Shown in pieces: positions 35,601-46,316 of a DNA stretch of 64,000 nt (positions within the stretch are counted from its first letter, which is position 1; the number at the start of each line of letters is the position of its first letter). The stretch is from Cyanophora paradoxa CCMP329 (lineage: Eukaryota; Plantae; Glaucophyta): assembly GCA_004431415.1 (NCBI GenBank), contig QPMI01000268.1:1-64000 (forward strand), written 5' to 3'. Made by a program: the position numbers and the translations under genes. A model generated the notes under the pieces. The model worked only from the letters and a program-made list of their open reading frames with translations, did not search any database and was not told the DNA's origin.

Positions 35601-36532
35601 CACTTTCCATGCACGCCACTGGCCAGCTTAAACTGCTGGGGAAAACTCGACTCGCGCGGGTCCCGCCGCGGGACCGTGACTCGGCGTGACACACGTCAAC
35701 CGATCGCCAAGTTACGACGCCAACTCGACGCCCCGGCGGCCCGGTGAAGGGGTGAAGGGTTTTTTTTAGAAGTTGCCCAACAGCCTGGCAGCTCACAGTC
35801 ATGACGTTGACTCAAGTGGACGAGTCGACGTCGTCGTCGCGAGCGGCCGCGGCCCGCGGCTGGCCGGCGGCTCGCGTCGCCTCGCGTCCGACGGTCACAC
35901 GGTCACTGAGTCACGACGCGCACCGTGCCACGGTGGTCCGATCATCCCTCCCGCTCACGGCTTTCCCTTCATCCCTCCCGCTCACGTAGTCGGCCAGATA
36001 GTTTTTACCCGGCTAGCCCCCTGCCGTAGTCGCCCCCCCTCCCCTGCATACGTAGCCGGCTAGCCAGTTGTTCACAGCTCTGAGTGATAAGTTATCGTGT
36101 TGTTTGCATTCGACTGGACGCTGCTTTCGACCTAACAGGCGCGCTGACTAGGAGAGAGTGAGGGGCGCCGAGACGGGAGGGGAAGACGCCGGGTCAGTGC
36201 TCCTCGGCGCCGGCCTGCAGCAGCAGGGACATGACCTGCGCATGGCGGGCGGGGCGGGGAGGGCCGGGGCGTCACGCGCGCGGGGCCGGAGGGGGCGCGG
36301 CTTTCCCTTCATCCCTCCCGCTCACGTAGTCGGCCAGATAGTTTTTACCCGGCTAGCCCCCTGCCGTAGTCGCCCCCCTCCCCTGCATACGTAGCCGGCT
36401 AGCCAGTTGTTCACAGCTCTGAGTGATAAGTTATCGTGTTGTTTGCATTCGACTGGACGCTGCTTTCGACCTAACAGGCGCGCTGACTAGGAGAGAGTGA
36501 GGGGCGCCGAGACGGGAGGGGAAGACGCCGGG

Positions 36533-39494
36533 TCAGTGCTCCTCGGCGCCGGCCTGCAGCAGCAGGGACATGACCTGCGCATGGCGGGCGGGCGGGAGGG
36601 CCGGGGCGTCACGCGCGCGGGGCCGGAGGGGGCGCGGGGCGGCCGGGGCGGGCGCACGTCGTCGAGGTCGCGCCGGTTCGTGTTGTCCCGCTGCCTGCGC
36701 CCCGCCCCCGCCCCGCCCCCTCGGCCCCGCCCTCCCGCTCCCGCTCGCACGGGCGAGGCCTCGAGCGGACGCGCACCAGACGATGCGCTTGAGGACGGGC
36801 CAGCCGTGCTGGTCCACCTGCCCCGCCCGGCTGAGGGACGGGGGGTACATGACGGGAGGAGGAGGATGAGGGGGTACCTGGTTTGCGTCCGCGCCGGCCC
36901 GCAGGAGGAACTCCACGACCTCGTAGGCCGGCACCTGCCGGGGGAGGAAGTCAGAGGGGGGAAGGAGGGGGGCGGGCGGGGGCGGGGCAGCGGGCCTTGC
37001 AGAAGGTGTGGAGGAGGGTACCGGCGGAAAAGTCCAGCGCCCCCTCCTTCTGCCACAGCGCCTCGATCGCCTCGTAGACCACCCGCGCGCTGCCAGCCAG
37101 GCGGGAAAGCGTGAGAGGGGGGGGGAAGGGGTTGGGGAGGAGGAAGGGGCAGAGGGGGCGGGCCTGCGGGCAAAGGCGGCGGCGTGGACGCGGCGCAGGG
37201 CCTCCCACAGCTCCCGCCCGAACGGGTCGTCCCACGGCCGCCGATTCAGCGCCGCCTGCCGCGCCCCGCGTCGAGGGCGCGGAGGGGAGGGAGAGGGGTA
37301 CGGCAATGGGGGCGGGCGGGCCTTGACGCCCGGGCAGCTCGTGAAGCGCAGCGGCGCCATCGCGTCGGCCTCGTCGTTCATGTCCTGCCGCACCCCCGGG
37401 CTCGGCTCGAGTGTGGGGGGGGGGAAGAGAGCGCCGGGGGGTACGGACCTTGACTTCGCGGTAGCGGGAGCGGACGAGGGGCTTCTCGGCCTCCACGTGC
37501 GCCGCCCAGTCCCCGTAGTCCTCCTCCCGCCTGCCCCGCCCCGCCCCCCCGGGGGGCTCGAAGGCCGCACGGCAGAAGAGGAGCTCGCTTGCCAGGCCCG
37601 GCGCCGGGGGCGCACCGCTCGCGGTCCCAGGCGGAGAGGAGGGTGGAGGAGCGGACGAGGCGCACGAGCTCATCCCCCGCGTCGAACTCCAGCAGCGTCT
37701 GCGGGGGCGGGGCGGGGTGGGGGAGGCGGGGAACGCCGGCGTGAGCTCCAGGCGGCCTCGGGGGCGGGGCGGGGCGGGGCGGGGCGGGGCTGCGGGGGCG
37801 CCTGGAGCTCGGCGAGGAGGGCCTCCTTGAAGGCATCCGACTTGCCCTCCGTGAACCGCCGCACGAACTGCCGGGGAGCATCGGAGAGGGAGGGGAGAGG
37901 CGGTGGCGGCGGGCGGGGGGTAGGCTGGCGGGCCTTGGCGGTCTGGGCGCCGGACTCGTCGAGGTACCCGAGCTGCATCGACGCGATGTTGAAGTGCTGC
38001 GCGGGGGGGTCAGGGAGGAGGGGTCGGGGCCGGCGGGGGTAGGCCCGCCTGGAGGAAGCCAGCGACCGCCATCACGTTGAGCGAGACTGCCAGGGGGATT
38101 GAGTCCGGGCGGGGGGGGGGGGGGGGGGGGGGATGGAGGGCGGGGGGTGCACCCTCCGGGCGAAGAACTCGAAGAAGTGGCCGCCCTCGCCGGCCGCAAC
38201 GGCGTCCCGCAGCGCCCCGCACGAGAGCCTACCCCCCGCATCAGGGGGGAGGAAGAGGAGGGGCGGGGGCGGGCGGGGGTACCGGAGGGCGAGGGAGCAG
38301 GGGCGGCTGTCGGCGCGCCAGTCGAGGGCCTTGCAGAGGTGCGCGCACAGCAGCGCCGCCTGCGGCAGCGACAGGCCCTTCGCCTTCACCTGCGCCCCGG
38401 CGTCAGGGAGGGGGGTACGGCCGAGCTGGCTCCGGGGCCGGGGTACGCGCCAGGATGGCGGCGGAGATGGCGACGCGGGCGGCCCACGTCGTGGGGGGCC
38501 CCTTGGCGTGGCCCGAGGCCTGCGGGTTGGGCGGCTCGGGGGCGGGGGCCGGGGCGCCGGGGGGTTCGCCGCGCCTTGGACTTGTAGAGGTCGGCGAGGA
38601 GACGGCCGGCGGCGGCGGGGTCGTCCTCCCCGTCGAAGACGATCTCCAGCAGGTCCCGCACGAACCTGTACCCCGCTGAGCGGGCCGGGGGCGGGGGGGC
38701 GGGGGAGGGGGGGGAAGCGGGCGGGCGGGGGGTACCGTATGTCGGGGACGCGGGCGTCCTCGGCGGTGAGGACCTTGGCGGCGAAGACTTTGGGGTCGCG
38801 GGGCGGCTCCTGGGCGAGGGACGTGAGGGAGGCGACCTCGGAGCCGCCCTCGGCGACCGCGGCCGCCTGCTTGCTCCGCCGGTACCCCGCCAGCATCTTC
38901 AGCCCGTCCTCCCCGAACTTCCGGTTCTGCTGCAGGCTCTCCCGCAGCGACTTGTAGTCCTGCGCCCCCGCCGCTCGGCCCCGCGGCCCGGCGGGGGCGG
39001 GGCGGGGCGGACGGCGGCGGGGGAGAGCTTGTCGGCGTCCTGGAGGGAATCCTCGTACATGCCGAAGGCGGCGAGGGCGAGGGCGCGGCGGTAGAGGGCC
39101 TTCTGGTGCGCGGGGGCGCCCCGCAGCGCCACCGAGGCGTCCACCACGGCCAGGTCCAGCTCGTTCCGCTTCAGATAGCACTGCGCCCGGTTCGCGTGCA
39201 GCAGCGCCTCCATCTCGCTCCCTGCCGCCGCGTGAGTTCGGGCGCGCTCGAACGCGTCTGCCGCCGCGGGCGTGTCGGACCCTGCTGGGCGAGCTCCAGC
39301 GCGCGCGAGTACGCATCGGCCGCGACGGCGTGCTCGCCCCGTGTGAAGCGCTCGTTGCCGAGCGCCTTGAGCTGTTCGACTGTCGGCAGCGAAGAGGCCG
39401 GGAAGCCCGACGCGTCGGGTCCGGCCTCGTATCGCGCCCGGAACGACGCAAGCTCAGTGCGCGGCGCGTAGAGCAGCCGCCTGCGCCGACCCAT
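36533..39494 (-). CDS. TPR/ankyrin protein (copy 2)
   Basis: Duplicate of 30292-33250. Confidence 0.85.
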
Positions 39495-39897
39495 TGTTCT
39501 GCTTCGAGTGCTTCCTTGTTGGGGGGTACCGCGCGCTGGAGCTGTGGCAAAGCTGGCCCGAGACCCCGTTCGTCTGCCCCGCGCCTGCCTCCCCGCCGAC
39601 GACCGAGACCGCGTGGTGCACTCTGGCGCATTGGATCACTGACCGGGCGCAGCTCCGTTGTCAGTTACTTAGTTTCGAAAATCGAGGTTCGCCCGCCGCG
39701 CGCGCGCGGCGCCGGCGCGGCGAGATATCGTTTCGCTCCGCTGACCGTGAATTTTGCCTTGCCCTCGAACAGAGCCGCGCGGCGCGTATCGCAGCCGATC
39801 GTGGGAAATCTCGCGTCAGCTATTGCGGAGGGCGCGGGATCCGGGAGCGCCCCTGCATGCGCAGCTTGTCCTCGGAATCTTCGTCTGCGTGTTGGTA

Positions 39898-40322
39898 ATG
39901 TACATGGCGAGCAAAGCGGCGAAACAGCCGCCTAGCCCACCAGTGCTGACGTGGGCGGACGTGCGGGCGGGCGGTGGCGGGTTTGTGCGCAGCACGCTGG
40001 AGCTGGTGGCGCAGGGCGCGCCCTTCATCCTGCGGCATACATTCAAGGCGGCGGACACGCGGGGGGAGATCCTCCCTCTCTTCTTCTACCTGGAGGGCGC
40101 CCCGCCGCCGGGCCTGCTGCGCGTCCGCGCCGGCCCGGCGCCGGCGGGTCCCGCATCCGCTGGCGCAACCCCCACTTCCACAGGCGCGCCCCGCGCTCCT
40201 GGGCTCCCCCGCCCCCGTGCACGTGGGCTGCCAGGCTGAAGCGATCGGAGCGCAGCTTCGCGGACGGGCAGAGCGGCGCGCGTATTGAAAACGACGACCT
40301 CGCGAATTTTGAGTGGGGCTGA
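39898..40322 (+). CDS. Small uncharacterised protein (copy 2)
   Basis: Duplicate of 33654-34078 with the same frameshift. Confidence 0.5.
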
Positions 40323-43300
40323 GGTCGTCATTGCTGGTGACCTTGAGCTCCAGCCTGAATTTTGCTGGTGAATTAAATACAATATGCTGCACAGCCGCTG
40401 ATCATAATCGAGCTGTCGATGTCTCCGGCTCGGCGAGCCTCGGAGGCTCGAGCTGGGGCTTACTAGTACTAGTACTAGGCTAGGCCGCCTAGGCCTCCTC
40501 TGGTCGCCCTCGCCTGGCTCAGCGGCTGCGCACGCATACCGCCTGGGCCGCCGGGCCGGACTGCATGCATATGGGCACAGGGCCCGGCCGGGCGGGGTGG
40601 CGGGGGTGGGGGGTGGAGCCTCGGAGGGGGGGAGGGGGGGGGGGGGGGGGGGCGGGGGCTTCGGTCGTGATCGATATGATGAAGGCCATCGCGATCGGTT
40701 TGATCCATCGGTACAGCTGCAGCGAGCTGGCTGCCGGGGCCGGCGCCTGCCTGACCCACCTTCCCGCCAACGAGAAACCACGCGGCGCACTCCGGGACAT
40801 TTGATCACCGGCCCAGATCCGTTGCCTGTACCGCAGTACGCGTACGGCGCGGCGCCGTGATATCGAGTTGGTCCTTTGACCATATGCATGACCAACTGCG
40901 GATCATGACCTTCGCCGATGTCGCCTAGGGCGATTGCGTGAAATAGCGGCTAGGCTCGAGTTGATCATGACAGGAATGAATACACGAAGGAGGCGGGAAG
41001 GAGCAATTAATGCGTACTAGGGGCCCGGCCGCGTTTGGCGCGCCGGGGTGCAAGGGGGAATCGGGATCTAATGAAAGAGTAGTAGTGGCACGAACATGCA
41101 CGGGGCAGATGTAGATCGACCCCGGCCCAGTGCGCGCGGCAGGTTGAAGTAGTAAAGATAGACACAGATTATATATGACAAGCAGGGGGCAAGCCCCCCG
41201 CACCCCCCATTTACTGATGACCATGACTGTCGGACATGCAGGAAGAAAGAAATTTACATGCAGACGTTTTCAGGACAAAAGAATAAGCTTCCTCGGCTTC
41301 GTATACGTATTCGAATATACAGTCGCGCTACTTAAGGAACGGGTGCTCAGCGGCTTCGAAATAATCACTGTTAACGTTTTCGCTAGCCTAGTAGCGCTGC
41401 GTACGCGTACGCGTTGACTTCGAATTTACCTGCTGGTCATGATGTGCTCCGTCTGCACAATTGCAAGGATGCGCAGCAGCGCTCAGCGGCTAGCTGCATG
41501 CGCAGTAGCACTAGTATATATATACGTATACGTATGTACACGGTTGCTAAATAAGCGCAACCGCGGCCGGGCAACGACAGCTCAGCGGCTGCTGCTGCAG
41601 GCTGTAGCCTCAGCCCTGTAGCTACGTATACGTTTAAAGCCTACCGTAGTACAGTAGCTATAGCTGCAGTATAGCAGTAGAACGTTAACAGCGGCAGACT
41701 ACAGTGCACACCGTGGCACGTGTTTCCGTTACTTTCCGTTACTTTTCGCTATCCGCCACTTAAGCTGTCCGTTACTTTCCGGAAACGTCCGTTATCCGCC
41801 ACTTAAGCTTTCCGTTACTTCCGTTATCTACCACTTTCCATGCACGCCACTGGCCAGCTTAAACTGCTGGGGAAAACTCGACTCGCGCGGGTCCCGCCGC
41901 GGGACCGTGACTCGGCGTGACACACGTCAACCGATCGCCAAGTTACGACGCCAACTCGACGCCCCGGCGGCCCGGTGAAGGGGTGAAGGGTTTTTTTTAG
42001 AAGTTGCCCAACAGCCTGGCAGCTCACAGTCATGACGTTGACTCAAGTGGACGAGTCGACGTCGTCGTCGCGAGCGGCCGCGGCCCGCGGCTGGCCGGCG
42101 GCTCGCGTCGCCTCGCGTCCGACGGTCACACGGTCACTGAGTCACGACGCGCACCGTGCCACGGTGGTCCGATCCGTGCCACGGTGGCGGCGCACCGTGC
42201 CACGGTGGCATGTACCGTAGTAACCGTACCGTAGTACGGGTCCGACCCGGTCCGTACCGGTACGTACGCCGTGACGCGCGCGCGCGCGCGGTACGCGCGT
42301 GGTACGCGCGTAGGCACTGCGACTGCGAACTTCATGCATGAAAATTTCTTTAAAACCTAAACTGATCTTCGATCGATCGATATCGATCCGCGGGGGGGGC
42401 AAAATTAATATTGCCGTTTTTTAATTAAATTAACGCGCTGACATTTTGAATTTAGTTTCACTTGGGGGTAATGTATCTGGCGTTATCGCAGTGGATTTCG
42501 AGAATAAGCGCGGTACCTAATATTAACGCGGAAAGTCAAAATTTCAGTTCCTTAATCTGGTGTAATTGCAAGGGGGGGTACCCCCTCCCTTGCTCCCCTG
42601 GTGAGTTGGTGCGGCGTACTTTCTGTGATAGCAATTTTTGTAAGATGAGATTCTTTGCATGCGCTCTCGTTTAGGTGTGATCGCATCGTAGCCGCTGCGA
42701 GCGGCGGAAAAAAAATGCAAGGGCGGGGCTGAGCAAACATGTCGAGGTCGCGCCCCACCTGCTATCGCTATATGCGCCAGACCACGTGCTCCTGATTGCT
42801 CTCAATGCGCTCTACAACTTTTGCCATACATGCCCGGGCTCGAAAAGCGGCGCGCGGCACGCTAGGCCGCCTCAAGTACCTGTTGTACCGGGCGCCCAAA
42901 AAAACGCTCCTGAGAGTTTGTGGCGATTGCTGGGTACACGTACCTAGCACCTCCAGCAGCGTAGATCTAGCTATAGATCTAGAGGTGGTCGAGGTCGCGG
43001 AGCCACGCTAGAGTGCAGAAAGAAGGCGCCCGCTACGCAGCGTTCCGGTGCGCACCCGGGCCGCGGCGTTTCGCCCACCCTCTAGCTCTCGGTGTACATA
43101 TGCATGTGACGGACTCCGGTTCAGGCGGACTTCAGCTCGGCGATGTCAAGCCCTTCAAGCGCAAGTACGGGGCGGATCACCACTCGCACGCCTCGGCCCG
43201 CGGCCGGACTGGATGTATATGCGTGGCTGAAGCTTGACCCGCGGCCGCGGCCGGCACGCCGTACTAGCTGTACTACGTTAGCGGAGGTTGGCGGCGTCGC

Positions 43301-43357
43301 AGTATTCCCAGCTGCTCCTAGTACGCCGCGCCGGGCTGCTTCCCTGCCCGCTGCTCC

Positions 43358-44287
43358 CACTAGTAAAAGGGGGGTAGCAACTGACCTAAAAGCGGGCTAA
43401 AACCGAACTAAAAGTAGGTCGGCTGCGACGTAAACCCGGGCTATAACCGACCTTAAAAAGATTGCAGTGGAGCTAAAACCGGGCTATAATAATAAGTCGG
43501 ACCAATAAGCGGGCTAAAAGCGGGCTATAAGAATACATCTATATATATATCGAATATAGCCCCGACCAATGACCGGCCGCCCGCCCGCCCGCCCGCCCGC
43601 CCCCGCCGCGCTCGATATACATGCGATGAAACACACGCAATATATTGCTGGGAAGCAATTTCTGGTACTGTACACCAGCCTATTGAAAAGTACTGCACTG
43701 CTGCCCAGCTGCACATGGGTTTGGGCAAGGTAAGGTACATGTACGCCACACTAAAGAACGTGAGCGTACGCAAAAGTACAGGTTAAAATACAGGACTCGC
43801 AGCAGCGAGCCGACGCCTCGTGGCGGTGCGCGGCATGCGTGGGAGTTGGCGGCATCTGGGAGAGAAGGCGTTAGTTTGGGGAAAGATAGAAAAAATATCG
43901 ATATCAGATGTGAAGTGCATACAAGTTTCAGATATTTCAGTACTAGTGCATGTGTACACTGTAACAGAACCTTTGATCATGAACAGAATTCAATCACCGA
44001 TTACTGACTATGTATATATGGCGGAGGTCCGATCATATCCCGGGCATTAGGTCCGAGCTAATGCGTTTTAGCCCGGACCGTGGCTCAGCTTCGATCATAA
44101 ATCCGTTTAAGCCCGGGCATTAGGTCCGATCTAAGCCGTTTTAGGTCCGATGAAATCCGTATTAGGTCCGACCCAATCCGTTTTAGGTCCGATCTAACCC
44201 GGGCATTACGTCCGACCTTATGTTAGCCCGACTTTAGCCCGGTTTTAGCCCGCTTTTAGGTCAGTTGCTACCCCCCTTTTACTAGTG
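43358..44287. mobile_element. Non-autonomous CACTA (En/Spm, CMC) DNA transposon
   Basis: Termini CACTAGTAAAAGGGGGGTAGCAACTGACCTAAAAGCGGGCTAAAACCG and its exact reverse complement ending TAGTG. 3-bp TSD TCC at 43355-57 and 44288-90. Subterminal CGGGCTA / TTAGGTCCGA repeats. Confidence 0.95.
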
Positions 44288-44353
44288 TCCCAGCTGCTCC
44301 GCGCGCCCGCTGCTTCAGCAGCTGCTCCCTAGGCCTGCCCGTCGCCCCGCCCG

Positions 44354-44910
44354 CTGCTTCAGCTTCGACGACTCCAGGTTCGCCCCGCCGGCGCCGCTGC
44401 TTCCGCGCGCATCACCCGGCCGACCTCCCTGGGCCCCGCGCCGGCGCCGCCGCTGTCCGGGGCGAGCTGACGCCTCGGCCCCGCGCACACAGGCGACGCG
44501 CAGGGCCCGGTGCCACCTGCCGCTCCGCCCGCTTCCTCGCCCGCCGCCCCGCCGGCTGCTTCAGCTTCGTCGACTCCAGGTTCGCCCCGCCGCTGCTGCT
44601 TCGCATCTGACCCGGCCGCCCCCGCTGGGCCCCGCCCCCGCACGGCCGCTGTCCGGGGCGAATTGACGCCTCGGTTCTGCGCATGCGCAGGCTACGTGCA
44701 GGGCCCAGCGCCATCTGCCGCTCCGCCCGCTTCCCCGCCCGCCGCCCTGCCGGCTGCCTCAGCTTCGTCGACTCCAGGTTCGCTCCGCCGCTGCTGCTGC
44801 GCACCTGGCCCGGCCGCCCCCGCTGGGCCTCGCCCCCGCACGGCCGCTGTCCGGGGCGAACTGACGCCTCGGTTCTGCGCATGCACAGGCTACGTGCAGG
44901 GCCTGGTGCC
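44354..44910. repeat. Three tandem GC-rich units of about 200 bp
   Basis: CTGC(T/C)TCAGCTTCG(A/T)CGACTCCAGGTTCG starts at 44354, 44556 and 44754. Confidence 0.92.
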
Positions 44911-45671
44911 CCCTTTCTCTCCTCCGGATCCCGCTTTCCCGCCCGCCGCCGCCCTCGCCTGCAGCTGCCCGCCCGCCTGGTGCCGCCGCCCGCGTCGCCA
45001 CCCCACCTACCCGCCTCGCCACCCCGCCCGCCTCGCCCGGCCGCCCGCCTTGCCTCTCTAGCTGCCCCCTCCGCCCCCCTCCCCTGCGCCCCCCGCACCA
45101 CTCCCCACCAAGTACCCTGCAATGTGTACCAGTACCCCCCCTTGCACCTCCGCGCGCGGCCCGCACTTGCCGCACTTGCACAGGGCCGGGCGCGGTCTGC
45201 TAGTATATACTGTATACCACACTGTGTTCTCATATGCGTTGACACAACCCTAAGGTAAGTTTTCTGACCTCAATCAACTATCGAAGATTTTTGGCTCGGC
45301 CGTTCCGTGAGAGCCGAGTTTTTTTACGAGTGTCCGCATGCGTCATAAGTAATAAGTTATAACTTAGTATTGAAAAGAATAGAAAAGGGCTGATAAGCAG
45401 ACGCTGCGATCTAACCGAGCCATCCCGGAGTCCGTGAGCCGGGAAGTGCAACGGCTCAGTTTCCAACATCCGATCCCGGGCCGCATTGGAGAGCGGTGCG
45501 CCGTTTGGCACCTGGTCCTGCGAACTAGTATGCTGGCCAGGTGCCGAGCGCAACAAGAGCGCCCGGCCCAGCAGGCGTGCTCGGCCGGCGCACGCGGTTC
45601 TGCGGCGCACGCGATGTCGGCGGCTTGCTGAGCGCAGCAAGAGACTACAGTCTGGACTCAGTGACTGCCGC

Positions 45672-45848
45672 GCAAAATTTAGAGGAGACAGCTGGGAGAA
45701 GTGGTTGCCATGCAAAACCGCCGCGTGACACGTGCACCCCAGCGCCGCGCGAAGGAGAGGCTAGCAAAATTTAGAGGAGACAGCTGGGAGAAGTGGTTGC
45801 CATGCAAAACCGCCGCGTGACACCCCAGCGCCGCGCGAAGGAGAGGCC
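45672..45848. repeat. Tandem duplication of about 90 bp
   Basis: GCAAAATTTAGAGGAGACAGCTGGGAGAAG..GAAGGAGAGGC occurs twice. The copies differ by a 6-nt palindromic insertion. Confidence 0.92.
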
Positions 45849-46316
45849 CGGAGAGCTCAGATCTACATCTAGAGCCTAGAAATTGGTTTTCCCCGAGTTC
45901 CTACAGACCGCCGGGCAACCTGCTCGAGACTCGAGTTCTGACTGCAGCTGCAGACTGGAGAGAGGAGAGGAGAGCTGTCGCGAAGAGACGAGAAGATCGA
46001 AAGAGAGAAAACTGGTTTTCCCCCTCGAAAACCGCTTTTTGCGTGCACGCTCCCAGCGACAAACACGTGTCGCAACCCCATTTTGGCTCATTTTTTCCCG
46101 CGTTGCATACTGGACCTCGAAAACGGCCTCATAGAAGAATTTTGGCTGAAGCGAGGGAGCGGGATGCAAGGGGGTCCCCTTCCCCCCTTGCAATAATTAT
46201 CAAGGTTCATGGGAGACCTGGCCATGGTGACCACAATGAACCCTTCTTGAAACGACTGGATCCACTTTGTTCTTGCAATCGCCCGTGCACCTGATGCTCA
46301 AATTCCAAGACCGATC

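Larger units (their letters stand above)
30054..42174. repeat. About 6.24-kb tandem segmental duplication (30054-35943 and 36295-42174) with a partial third copy 35942-36300
   Basis: Near-identical sequence at offset about 6231-6244. The differences I noticed are almost all G/C homopolymer indels. Confidence 0.97.
42566..46193. mobile_element. Putative non-autonomous TIR DNA transposon hosting nested insertions
   Basis: Ends are TTGCAAGGGGGG..CCCTTGC (42566) and GCAAGGGG..CCCCCCTTGCAA (46193), flanked by TAA on both sides (42563-65, 46194-96). A paralogous right-hand part lies at about 52289-53117. Confidence 0.55.

Noticed and set aside
30054-42174. Functional divergence between the duplicated TPR genes
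   Set aside because: The differences seen are G/C homopolymer length changes, mostly intronic.
44354-44910. 200-bp repeats as a coding repeat protein
   Set aside because: Unit lengths (202 and 198) do not keep frame, and the array lies inside a TIR element.
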